From Candidatus Binatia bacterium (GTDB lineage: Bacteria > Desulfobacterota > Binatia > Bin18), in the NCBI GenBank assembly GCA_963664395.2, contig OY761159.2:3200001-3264000 (forward strand): 64,000 nucleotides of DNA, written 5' to 3'. Position 1 is the first letter of the stretch; each line of letters starts with the position of its first letter. A program made the translations under genes and the position numbers. Positions 11,963 through 20,433 of this stretch are shown piece after piece. A model generated the notes under the pieces. That model made no database searches, was not told the DNA's origin, and worked only from the letters and a program-made list of their open reading frames with translations.

Positions 11963-13336
11963 TTAACTCAGCAGAGCCATGAGTTCGGTAATCTGCGCTG
12001 CTTCTAAGATTTCCAGACTATCAACAAGCTGAATACATCGCTGTGTTTGCTCTTCAGTCAGATGCATATTCAGGCAGTCTCGAATTTTGACCAGGTGTGC
12101 GTCTCGCTGTAGAAGCGGCAGGCCCCAAAATCCTTGCGGGCCAGTACACCGAGCAGTCAGGTGCCGGCCGTCTTGTAATTCTAGCGCAACATCGACCCAC
12201 ATTTTTTCCAAAACGCCAGGAATCGTCCGGTCCTGGGTCAGGCGAGTACGAGACATGAGACCTGCCAGGTCTGGCCGTGCGCAATAGTCATCCGAGAATG
12301 TCCGAATTGACACTGCGCCGTCGAGCAGGGCAGCGGCAACCGTATACTGAAAGCTGAATTTCCCGTCCAAACCGCTCTTACAAGCAGGCCGATCGACATA
12401 GGGCATGACTGGAGAGGTGATGTGGACGGCCTGAATTGAGTCGGGACTGTCAATCTGCTTATAGAGTTCCAGCGCAGCCAGGATGCCGAAATGCGTGCCG
12501 TACTGACACGGAAACATTTTCATCACAAAGCCTGGATCGACCATGCGATACGACTGAGCAGACCGAGCTAGGCTCAGCAATTCATCATAATTAAACTGCT
12601 CGCCAAAGAAGTGTTCGACATAGCCGTTCGGCGCTTCAAAAACCGTTGGGTTGCCGGTAAATCCGCGCGACGCCAATAAGGCCGCATCCAAACCGGATAA
12701 TGCGGCCCAGCCACAGTGGGTCGCCTTGGCCATGGTTCCGACATTGGCCATCAGCCCACCGGCACGAGATGCCGTAATACCAAGCGCATGTTGAAGCTGC
12801 TCTTGACTGAGTCCAAGCATATGCGCTGAGGCTACCGCCGCGCCCATGAGCCCGACGCTACTTGGTGGATGGACGGTAAACTCGCCAGGCACGTATTGAT
12901 GGGAGGCCAGCCGAATATGTCCCTGGAATTCACAGCCTTTGACAAAAGCTGTGATGATCTCTCGGCCCGTACTGTGTCGTTCTTCGGCCAAGGCTAAGAT
13001 GGCCGGCAGCGTTGGCGACGTTGCATGCGTGGGCGGACTCCACATAGGCTCATAGTCCAAGACATGCATGGAGATGCCGTTGGCATACGCCGCCAAAATA
13101 GGCGAAGTCCGAAAGCCATGGCCAATGACCGTTGCAATTTCTTTTCCGCCCTGACTGTTGACATGGGCGGCGGCAATGGTCGGCCCCGACTCTTTGGCCC
13201 CGGCCACTGCAACGGCAAGGCCGTCGAGGATGACGCGCTTTGCAACCGCAACAACCTCGTCCGAAAGCGACTCAAAGGTCATCCGGGTCAGGCTATGGCA
13301 CAAGGCTGCTGTTACTTGAGGAGGCGTCTTATCCAT
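11963..13336 (-). CDS. MmgE/PrpD family protein
   Basis: AAYANGISMHVLDY, KATHCG, KMFPCQYGTH, KFSFQYTVA. Confidence 0.88.
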   Translation of the reverse strand: MDKTPPQVTAALCHSLTRMTFESLSDEVVAVAKRVILDGLAVAVAGAKESGPTIAAAHVNSQGGKEIATVIGHGFRTSPILAAYANGISMHVLDYEPMWSPPTHATSPTLPAILALAEERHSTGREIITAFVKGCEFQGHIRLASHQYVPGEFTVHPPSSVGLMGAAVASAHMLGLSQEQLQHALGITASRAGGLMANVGTMAKATHCGWAALSGLDAALLASRGFTGNPTVFEAPNGYVEHFFGEQFNYDELLSLARSAQSYRMVDPGFVMKMFPCQYGTHFGILAALELYKQIDSPDSIQAVHITSPVMPYVDRPACKSGLDGKFSFQYTVAAALLDGAVSIRTFSDDYCARPDLAGLMSRTRLTQDRTIPGVLEKMWVDVALELQDGRHLTARCTGPQGFWGLPLLQRDAHLVKIRDCLNMHLTEEQTQRCIQLVDSLEILEAAQITELMALLS

Positions 13337-13343
13337 GTTCCTG

Positions 13344-14303
13344 CTACTCAGATGGAAATTCTTTATCCGATTTGGGAATGGTCTCTTTCAGAACCGAATG
13401 TTTTCTCTCTTCGTCATGACCCTTCAGAAACTTTCGCTGCAAGGCTTGCACCTCAGCCAAGCCAATAATCTCTTCCCGTTCAGCAAAAGATGCCATGTCT
13501 TCTGCCATTGCTTCCGTATGTCCGTGTCTGCGGATTTCGGCTGCGGCGCGCTGCATGGCCCGCATAGCGGCGCGCTGCAGGTCTGACGGAACAATCATAA
13601 TGCGATATCCGAGTGCGGTGAGCTGCTCGGCTGGAACCAGGGGCGTTTTGCCACCCCAGAACATATTGATCAGAAGTGGAGCATGGACTTCCAGGGCTAT
13701 GCGTTCGATCTCTTCAAGCGATTGGGGCGCTTCCACAAAAATCACGTCCGCCCCTGCCTCGGCATAGGCGTTCCCCCGTTCAATCGCCGCATCCAACCCA
13801 AGCACGGCCCGGGCGTCTGTCCGGGCGATAATGACCAGATCGCCACCGGCCGCGGCCTGCGCGGCCTGAATTTTTTGGACCATCTCCGCGCTGCTGACCA
13901 CGTGTTTGCTTTCATAATGGCCGCAGCGTTTGGGTTCCATCTGGTCCTCAAGATGAAGCGCCGCCGCGCCAGAGCGCGCATACGCCCGAACCGTCCGCAT
14001 GACGTTAATGGCATTCCCATAGCCGGTGTCGGCGTCCACGATAAGCGGCAGAGTGGTGACAGCGCGAATCTCGTCCAGCCGCTTTTGCATTTCTGTGAAG
14101 GTGACCAAGCCAACGTCGGGATAACCCATGCTGCGCGCAATTGCGCCGCCGCTGATATACAAAGCGGCAACACCAGCGGCTTCAGCAATCTTGGCCGATA
14201 GCCCATCGTACACGCCCGGAGCCGTTAGCAGTTCCTCCTGGGCGAGCAGGGCTCTGAGCTCGGTCGGACCGGCTTGCAACACTGCGCTATTCTCCTCGTG
14301 CAT
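13344..14303 (-). CDS. Isocitrate lyase/PEP mutase family protein (2-methylisocitrate lyase-like)
   Basis: PGVYDGLSA, DADTGYG, EDQMEPKRCGH, ARTDA. Confidence 0.9.
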   Translation of the reverse strand: MHEENSAVLQAGPTELRALLAQEELLTAPGVYDGLSAKIAEAAGVAALYISGGAIARSMGYPDVGLVTFTEMQKRLDEIRAVTTLPLIVDADTGYGNAINVMRTVRAYARSGAAALHLEDQMEPKRCGHYESKHVVSSAEMVQKIQAAQAAAGGDLVIIARTDARAVLGLDAAIERGNAYAEAGADVIFVEAPQSLEEIERIALEVHAPLLINMFWGGKTPLVPAEQLTALGYRIMIVPSDLQRAAMRAMQRAAAEIRRHGHTEAMAEDMASFAEREEIIGLAEVQALQRKFLKGHDEERKHSVLKETIPKSDKEFPSE

Positions 14304-15816
14304 ATCGCGCTGCGTGCGTACCGGCCAGCCGACCGAAGACCGCGCCGCGCATCAGCCCGGAGCCACCCGGATAGTTGAGATAGAAAAAGCCGCCGGTCAT
14401 TTCTCCGGTTGCGAACAGGCCGGGGATAGGCCGGTCTAAATGGTCGAGGACTGCCGCATCGGTATTAATCCGAATCCCACCAAAGGTGAAGGTGATGCCG
14501 AGAGAGACCGGATAGGCGTAAAAGGGCGGCTGATCGAGCCGGGTCGCCCAGTTGGTTTTTTCCGGTCGTAGACCCCGCGTGCGTTTGCCGTCTTTAATGT
14601 CAGGATTGAAAGATTCGTCCATCTTATCCTGGACGGCTGCGTTATAGGCTTCAAGCGTGGCCAGGAAAGCATCCCGGCGAAAATCCAGGGCCGCGTAGCG
14701 TTCCTCGATTTGATCCGCCAACTCGGTCAGACTGTCGGCGATGATGGGCGTGCCGGTATTATAGCGCGTCTCCAACAGCGAGACCGTCTGCTGGTCAAAG
14801 ACTTGAAAGATGGTTGCGCTGCGCTGCTGCAAAATGTCGCGACCCATTTTGGCGTAAGTGTACAAATTAAAATCCTCGCCCTCGTCAACAAACCGTTCGC
14901 CATCCAGGTTGACCATGACCGAGAACGGATAGGACAGCCGGTTGGTTTTGTCTGTAAGCCGCAGGTCGCCATAGGTCGGGGCGTCGGCATCAATCGGCGT
15001 TGCATGACAGCCCGCCCATTCGCCATAACTCTGGGCCCCAATCGACAGGGCCGCGCGCGTCATCTCGCCGGTGTTAAAACGGGTGCCTCTGACTTTGACC
15101 AAGCTCCAGCTCGGACCGAGATAGGCCGTGCGCATTTCCGGGTTCGCCTGGAATCCGCCGCTGGCCAGAACGAGTGCTTTGCAGTGGACTGTCCGGAGGC
15201 CGCTGGGATCACGTATGGCAATACCCGTCACGCGACCATCAGCCGCGGTGATAATGCGTTGGGCCTGGGTTTCGTACCAGACTGGAATGTCCGCTTCGGC
15301 CGCTAAGCGAAACAGAGTGCCGGACAGCAGGACGCCTTCGCCTTTGGAGCGGAGCGCACCCCCGCGGGCGAGTTTGATCTTCCGGGCCCCGGCAATGGTG
15401 ACGGGACCAACGGCCCGGTTAAACTCCCAGGCTACTCCCAGGTCGGCCATCCAGCGTACCGTGTCATACGAGCGCGTGATCAAGGTCTGAATCAGCGCGG
15501 GGTCGGCCCGTCCGCCGGTGACGCGGTCGATGTCCTGCTGAAAGTCCTCAGACGTATAGGGATCGACTGCCACATCACGCGGATCATCATTGTCTCGGAT
15601 AAGCGCAACCAAGTCGTCGATACCGTTATACGTGCAGCGGAACAGGCCGCCGGTAAAGCGTGTGTTGCCGCCGCGTAATTTTTGTGTTGCCTTTTCGAGA
15701 ACAACGACCCGGGCGCCCTCAGCCCGAGCGGCCAGAGCGGCCGTAAAGGCGGCGTTGCCCGCCCCGACAACGACCACATCAAACGTTTCTGGTGTCTGCT
15801 GAGCCGAATCTGCCAA
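14287..15816 (-). CDS. tcuA: FAD-dependent tricarballylate dehydrogenase TcuA-like oxidoreductase
   Basis: VVVVGAGNAA, RGGNTRFTGG, SGGFQAN, ITFTFGG, NYPGGSGLMRGAVFG. Confidence 0.8.
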   Translation of the reverse strand: MADSAQQTPETFDVVVVGAGNAAFTAALAARAEGARVVVLEKATQKLRGGNTRFTGGLFRCTYNGIDDLVALIRDNDDPRDVAVDPYTSEDFQQDIDRVTGGRADPALIQTLITRSYDTVRWMADLGVAWEFNRAVGPVTIAGARKIKLARGGALRSKGEGVLLSGTLFRLAAEADIPVWYETQAQRIITAADGRVTGIAIRDPSGLRTVHCKALVLASGGFQANPEMRTAYLGPSWSLVKVRGTRFNTGEMTRAALSIGAQSYGEWAGCHATPIDADAPTYGDLRLTDKTNRLSYPFSVMVNLDGERFVDEGEDFNLYTYAKMGRDILQQRSATIFQVFDQQTVSLLETRYNTGTPIIADSLTELADQIEERYAALDFRRDAFLATLEAYNAAVQDKMDESFNPDIKDGKRTRGLRPEKTNWATRLDQPPFYAYPVSLGITFTFGGIRINTDAAVLDHLDRPIPGLFATGEMTGGFFYLNYPGGSGLMRGAVFGRLAGTHAARYARGE

Positions 15817-15975
15817 TGGCCTGTCCTCCCTATGGCAGCAATATAGCGTTTCTGTCCGTGGCGTGAATCCCCTTCGTTTTTGTCTCTTGACCGATGGAGT
15901 ACTCCTGACATAGACAGGAACAAAACAACCCGTGCTGTGCCGTTATTCGAGACACAGCCAAAGAGGAGGGATGGT

Positions 15976-16467
15976 ATGAACCCACGCGGAATGTCGCACG
16001 TTGCTCTATGCACCAAGGATTTCGATCGCTCCATGCATTTCTATCGGGATTTGCTTGGATTCCAGGTGGCCCAGGAGGGAACCACCGTTGAGGAGGGAGA
16101 GTATCAGCAGGGGATTTATAAGAAGAAAAACCAACAGGTGAAGTTTGCGATTCTGCGTCACGGCAAGAAGAAAGCCACACCGTACGGGCTGAATGAAGAT
16201 GCCCCGGTTATTGCCCTGCTCGCCCCGACGCAGAGCCAGCCGACTGGAAAGCCGATCCTGGTTGACCAGATTGGCATTTCCCACTTCGGGATATGGGTCA
16301 AGGGTTTGAACAAAGTTCACAAAGACTTAGTCAGCAAAGGCGTGGAATTTGCCGCTCCGCCGCACGTCTTGGCCAAGACCAAAGAAGGTACGATCCGCAG
16401 CGCCTTTGTCAAAGACCCGGATGGGATCATTATTCAGTTGGACGAAATGATCCCGGCCCGGAAGTAG
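15976..16467 (+). CDS. VOC (glyoxalase-like) family protein
   Basis: SHVALCTKDFDRSMHFYRDLLG, GISHFG, FVKDPDGIIIQL; GAGGAGG RBS. Confidence 0.85.
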   Translation: MNPRGMSHVALCTKDFDRSMHFYRDLLGFQVAQEGTTVEEGEYQQGIYKKKNQQVKFAILRHGKKKATPYGLNEDAPVIALLAPTQSQPTGKPILVDQIGISHFGIWVKGLNKVHKDLVSKGVEFAAPPHVLAKTKEGTIRSAFVKDPDGIIIQLDEMIPARK

Positions 16468-16540
16468 ACTCTCGTCTCCCTCTCCCTTTGGGAGAGTCTA
16501 CTCCGGCTTCCCTCTCCCTCTGGGAGAGGGCCAGGGTGAG
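16463..16540. repeat. REP-like palindrome cluster between convergent genes (possible terminator)
   Basis: GTAGACTCTC..GAGAGTCTAC hairpin followed by CCCTCTCCCTCTGGGAGAGGGCCAGGGTGAG, same family as 1516-1550. Confidence 0.7.
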
Positions 16541-16544
16541 TGTG

Positions 16545-17321
16545 CTAATGCCCAACCTCCGCCGGCCGTGGCTGGGCCTGTTTGGTTCGGATGTCCTGAG
16601 CCCTGGCCTGCATATCTCCAGCCTCATCCTTGCGGTGTAGCTTGTGTAGCAAATCGGCATATTTTTCGAGCAGGACGGCAACTGCCGGATGGTCCGTTCC
16701 GAGTTTCTCCTCACGGATCTCGAGCGCCCGTTGAAAGAGCGGCTCAGCATCGGCAGGCTTGCCTTGAGCAATGGCCAGCTCAGCCAATCCGCTCAGGCTG
16801 GTCGAGACAGCGGGATGAGTCGGTCCAAGTGCCTGCTGTCGTATTGTCAGCGACCGCTGAAAATAGGACTCCGCTTCAGCGTAGCGTTCCTGGCTCATAT
16901 AGACGGCGGCTAAGTTGTTCAGACAATTGGTAATTCTGTAATGAGTAGGACCCACGAAGGCTTCGGCGATTTTCAGCGCCCGCCGCAGGAAAGTCTCTGC
17001 TTCATCGTATCGGCCGAGTTCTCGATACAGAGAGGCCAAGTTGTTCAGACTCTGCGCCACCCACGGATGGTGGGGACCATAGTGCGCTTCTCGGATAGAC
17101 AATGCCCGCTCATAATACCCGGTGGCTTCAGATCGTTTGCCTTGATTATGGGATAAACTTCCCAAATTATTCAGGACAACGGCGACGCGTGAGTCCTGTG
17201 GGCCAAATTTTTCGGCCTCTTGGAGTGCCTTGCGGAACTGTTGCTCGGCTTCGACATAATGCCCTTTTTGATACAGCCGTGCGCCCGCTTCGTTTGCCGT
17301 CTCCCAGTTAGTGTCACTCAT
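16545..17321 (-). CDS. Tetratricopeptide repeat protein (kinesin-light-chain-type TPRs)
   Basis: Repeats of LNNLA.LY..G.Y.EAE..F.RAL.I.E..LG..HP. Confidence 0.9.
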   Translation of the reverse strand: MSDTNWETANEAGARLYQKGHYVEAEQQFRKALQEAEKFGPQDSRVAVVLNNLGSLSHNQGKRSEATGYYERALSIREAHYGPHHPWVAQSLNNLASLYRELGRYDEAETFLRRALKIAEAFVGPTHYRITNCLNNLAAVYMSQERYAEAESYFQRSLTIRQQALGPTHPAVSTSLSGLAELAIAQGKPADAEPLFQRALEIREEKLGTDHPAVAVLLEKYADLLHKLHRKDEAGDMQARAQDIRTKQAQPRPAEVGH

Positions 17322-17409
17322 AGCACCCCCTTTTGCACAGCGGTCTGAACGCAACAACTGCCCATGTGTAGCAGCCCTTGTGAAAAACTGCGAGGCATTG
17401 AGGGGGAGC

Positions 17410-18744
17410 CTACGCCGCTTCCCGAATTACCGGCATGCCCTCGGATGGAGCGAACGTAATACTCCGCCGGACAACACGCACAGTATGTCCCGGCACTGGT
17501 CGGAGTGAGACCCGAGACAGTATCTGGGCGAGGACGATTTTCATCTCATATGTGGCAAAGGCTGCACCCAGACAGTGACGGACTCCTCCGCCAAAGGGGA
17601 AAAAGGTGTAGGGATCAATTCGTTTTCCAACAAACCGGTCGGGGTTAAACGTCTCAGGCTCGGGCCACAATTCCGGTCGCCTGTGGGTGAGGTAAATACA
17701 CGGCGCGGCCACACAATCCGCAGGTATTTCATACGCCCCGATCTGGGTTGGCTGTTCGAGATACCGAACCACGGCCGGGACGATGGGATTGAGCCGGGCC
17801 GTCTCTTTGATTGTCGCGTCAAGGTACTCAAGCTCAGAAACGTGCTCTGCCTGTATGGGGCCGTCACCGATCACGCGCTGTCGCTCGGCTCGGACTTTTT
17901 CGAGAACGGCCGGGTTTTGTAACAAGCGGTGAACAACCCAAGACAGCGAGGTTGCCGTGGTCTCGTGCCCGGCCAGCAGCATCGTGATCATCTCATCCCG
18001 CAGTTCTTGATCGCTCATGGGCCGGCCATCTTCGTCTCGGGCTTCGATGAGCATGGCCATGATATCGGTGCGCCCGTTTTGTGTGGCAGCTTTACGTTGG
18101 GCAATCTGTTCGTACAAGACTGTATCGATTTCACGGCTGAGTTTACCCATGCGTTGCCACGAGGTGAGTGGTCCCAGATTGACTTGCAGCCAACGGATTA
18201 AAAGGAGAGGGCTACTCCCGACGAGTCTGAGAAACTCAATCAGCAAGGATCGCAGTTTCTGGAGTAGCGAACCTTCGTCCACGCCAAAGACGGTCCGCAG
18301 AATGATATCTAGCGTGATAGCCTGCATGCGTTCGTGAATGGGGAAGGGCTGTTCAATCGGCCAGGTGTCAATCGACCGATCGGCAATCTCCCGCATGATG
18401 TCGCCATAGAGACGCATGCGTTCGCCATGAAACGGTGGCATGAGCAATTTGCGCTCCCGTTTGTGGCGCGCGCCATCAAGTAGCAACACTGAGTTCTCAC
18501 CCAAAATCGGTTTGAGAACCACATTCGCCCGACCCGCCAGGGCATGCTCAGGTGATGCGGTAAAGATCTGTTTAATGGCAGCCGGGTCGCTGAAAAACGC
18601 AATCGGCGGCGTATTGAGCCAACGCATGGTGAAACACTCACCATATTCCTGGGCATATTTCTGCATGATGGGAATGGGTCTGCGGACCCAATTAAGGGTT
18701 TGGAATAGCCGGGGGAGCTTCGGACCGGGAGGGAGGGAACTCAT
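17410..18744 (-). CDS. Cytochrome P450
   Basis: AGHETT (I helix), ETAR (ExxR), FGGGVRHCLG haem ligand. Confidence 0.95.
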   Translation of the reverse strand: MSSLPPGPKLPRLFQTLNWVRRPIPIMQKYAQEYGECFTMRWLNTPPIAFFSDPAAIKQIFTASPEHALAGRANVVLKPILGENSVLLLDGARHKRERKLLMPPFHGERMRLYGDIMREIADRSIDTWPIEQPFPIHERMQAITLDIILRTVFGVDEGSLLQKLRSLLIEFLRLVGSSPLLLIRWLQVNLGPLTSWQRMGKLSREIDTVLYEQIAQRKAATQNGRTDIMAMLIEARDEDGRPMSDQELRDEMITMLLAGHETTATSLSWVVHRLLQNPAVLEKVRAERQRVIGDGPIQAEHVSELEYLDATIKETARLNPIVPAVVRYLEQPTQIGAYEIPADCVAAPCIYLTHRRPELWPEPETFNPDRFVGKRIDPYTFFPFGGGVRHCLGAAFATYEMKIVLAQILSRVSLRPVPGHTVRVVRRSITFAPSEGMPVIREAA

Positions 18745-18882
18745 AGAAAAAATCTACGAGACTCTGAGACGAAGGGCAAGGCGGGAACAAAGTGTTTCCT
18801 GGATGAGAAGACTTTTCCGTGTTGTGCCTCTCTACGTTTCACGCTTATAATACATCTGCAAATCCCTGGGAGTGAAGTCAAA

Positions 18883-19089
18883 GTGCAACTGCTCCGTACC
18901 GAAAAACAAAAAGATAATCTCGCAAAGTTCTTTTGGGATATGGCAAAAGTCTCTTTTGCCGTCCTCGTATTGACGCCCTTGGCCAAACCGGAGGCCGGAG
19001 AGGTGATTTCTTTTTCGATAGGAACTCTTTCTGGCGGGGTTCTCTTATCGGTTGGCTACCTTCTCGACGGAATGGAGGTTCAGACATGA
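18883..19089 (+). CDS. Small two-TM membrane protein (DUF6722-like)
   Basis: KDNLAKFFWDMAKVSFAVLVL plus a second hydrophobic helix; stop overlaps next ATG (ATGA). Confidence 0.6.
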   Translation: MQLLRTEKQKDNLAKFFWDMAKVSFAVLVLTPLAKPEAGEVISFSIGTLSGGVLLSVGYLLDGMEVQT

Positions 19090-19193
19090 GCCCGGCACAG
19101 GCACTCACCGCCGTCTTTTTAGTTTTCCTCGTAATGGGGCTGATCGGTTTGTTTATCGTTTTTACCGACAGAGGACTGAAGTGGAAGAAATAA
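19086..19193 (+). CDS. 35-aa single-TM microprotein
   Basis: GGAGG RBS, ATGA coupling; MSPAQALTAVFLVFLVMGLIGLFIVFTDRGLKWKK. Confidence 0.55.
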   Translation: MSPAQALTAVFLVFLVMGLIGLFIVFTDRGLKWKK

Positions 19194-19289
19194 GGTTCCT
19201 CTAGGAGAGGGCAATCTAACTCTGTTTGATTCTCCTTTGCACGTTTCTCCCAAATCCTCTTCGTACGAGCTATCAATACAATGTTTCTC

Positions 19290-19316
19290 TTGACGTTCCC
19301 TCCCTGATATTGTAAT
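19290..19316 (+). promoter_or_regulatory. Possible sigma70 promoter for the retron ncRNA/RT
   Basis: TTGACG-N15-TGTAAT just upstream of the structured region; spacer shorter than optimal. Confidence 0.3.
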
Positions 19317-19327
19317 CCCTCCCTTCT

Positions 19328-19410
19328 GGGCTTGGACGGATAATATGTGAGCATGAGTTCGTGCTCGTACTTTGCGGAGATTAGACTCTTCCCCTATCCG
19401 ATCCAAGCCC
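19328..19410 (+). ncRNA. Candidate retron msr-msd non-coding RNA
   Basis: Terminal inverted repeat GGGCTTGGACGGATA / TATCCG(A)TCCAAGCCC enclosing hairpins GAGCATGAGTTCGTGCTC and GGAGATTAGACTCTTCC, ending 27 nt before the RT ATG. Confidence 0.6.
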
Positions 19411-19437
19411 TTTCTTTGTCGCCTGGAGCAAAAAGGT

Positions 19438-20382
19438 ATGGTGACGATTCAATTTAGCGCAATAAGAAACATAGAAGATTTGGCAAAGAACCTCGGTACC
19501 TCTGTCGTTGGCATTAGACGTTTCACTGATACTGCCGATCAAGGTCAGTTTTATGAAAGAAAGATGATTCCCAAAAAAGGTAGAAAAAGGCGAGGTCAGT
19601 TCAGAACTGTCTACAAGGTACGGCAGGATTTGAGAGTCATCCAGAAAACTATCTTAACGGCAATAACCACACAGGTTACATTCCCTGAATATGTTCAAGG
19701 GTTCGTCCATAGACGCTCAATCATTACGAATGCCCGTCTACACCTATCCCAAAAGTTACTTTTACATGCAGATATAAAAGATTTTTTTGAATCAATAGAA
19801 ACCCCTCAAGTTGCCGAGTCGTTTGAATCTCTAGGATGCCAGAAGGAGATAGCATTTGTCTTCGCTAAGCTCTGTACTTTGAACGGATTCTTACTTCAAG
19901 GCTCCAGCGCTAGTCCGGCCCTTGCGAATCTAGTCTGTAAATACCTTGATATTGACCTCAAAACGCTCGCTGATACTCATAAATGCAGATTTAGTAGATA
20001 TGGGGATGACATCACCTTTTCAGGAGATTCTCTTCCGCCTTCGGAACGCGTTGAGGCTTTATTAAAAAGGTACGGTTATGAACTACGAGATGGAAAGTGC
20101 CGCATCCAAAGACGTGGCCGGAGTCAATATGTGACTGGCTTGACAACTTTTGACGACGAAAGGCCAAGAATTTCTCGCAGAATAAAGAAACGCCTGAGAT
20201 TAGAATTGTATTATGTTGAACGCTTTGGCCTTACTAATCATCTTGCACGAGTCCATTGGAGGAAGTCTCTCCGCGCAAAAATAAGACAAATGAATGGCTG
20301 GATTAGCTTCCTTTACTCCGTTGAACCGGATAAAGCGGCGGCGTTTGATCGACAATGGAAGAGGACCCTCTCAAAAGAGTGA
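19438..20382 (+). CDS. Retron-type reverse transcriptase
   Basis: GFVHRRSIITNARLH (region X, NAxxH), DIKDFFESI, QGSSASP, catalytic YGDD, QYVTGL (region Y, VTG). Confidence 0.92.
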   Translation: MVTIQFSAIRNIEDLAKNLGTSVVGIRRFTDTADQGQFYERKMIPKKGRKRRGQFRTVYKVRQDLRVIQKTILTAITTQVTFPEYVQGFVHRRSIITNARLHLSQKLLLHADIKDFFESIETPQVAESFESLGCQKEIAFVFAKLCTLNGFLLQGSSASPALANLVCKYLDIDLKTLADTHKCRFSRYGDDITFSGDSLPPSERVEALLKRYGYELRDGKCRIQRRGRSQYVTGLTTFDDERPRISRRIKKRLRLELYYVERFGLTNHLARVHWRKSLRAKIRQMNGWISFLYSVEPDKAAAFDRQWKRTLSKE

Positions 20383-20391
20383 TGGTAGGGC

Positions 20392-20426
20392 AGCAAGGGA
20401 GGCTAAGTAGTTATTCTTCCCTTGCT
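20392..20426. terminator. Hairpin between convergent RT and TIR/DUF3800-like gene
   Basis: AGCAAGGGA...TCCCTTGCT inverted repeat. Confidence 0.6.
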
Positions 20427-20433
20427 AATTCCG

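Noticed and set aside
19438-20382. RT as a DGR, group II intron or CRISPR-associated RT
   Set aside because: It has retron-specific NAxxH and VTG motifs, no maturase/endonuclease extension, no cas genes and no adenine-specific TR/VR pair nearby
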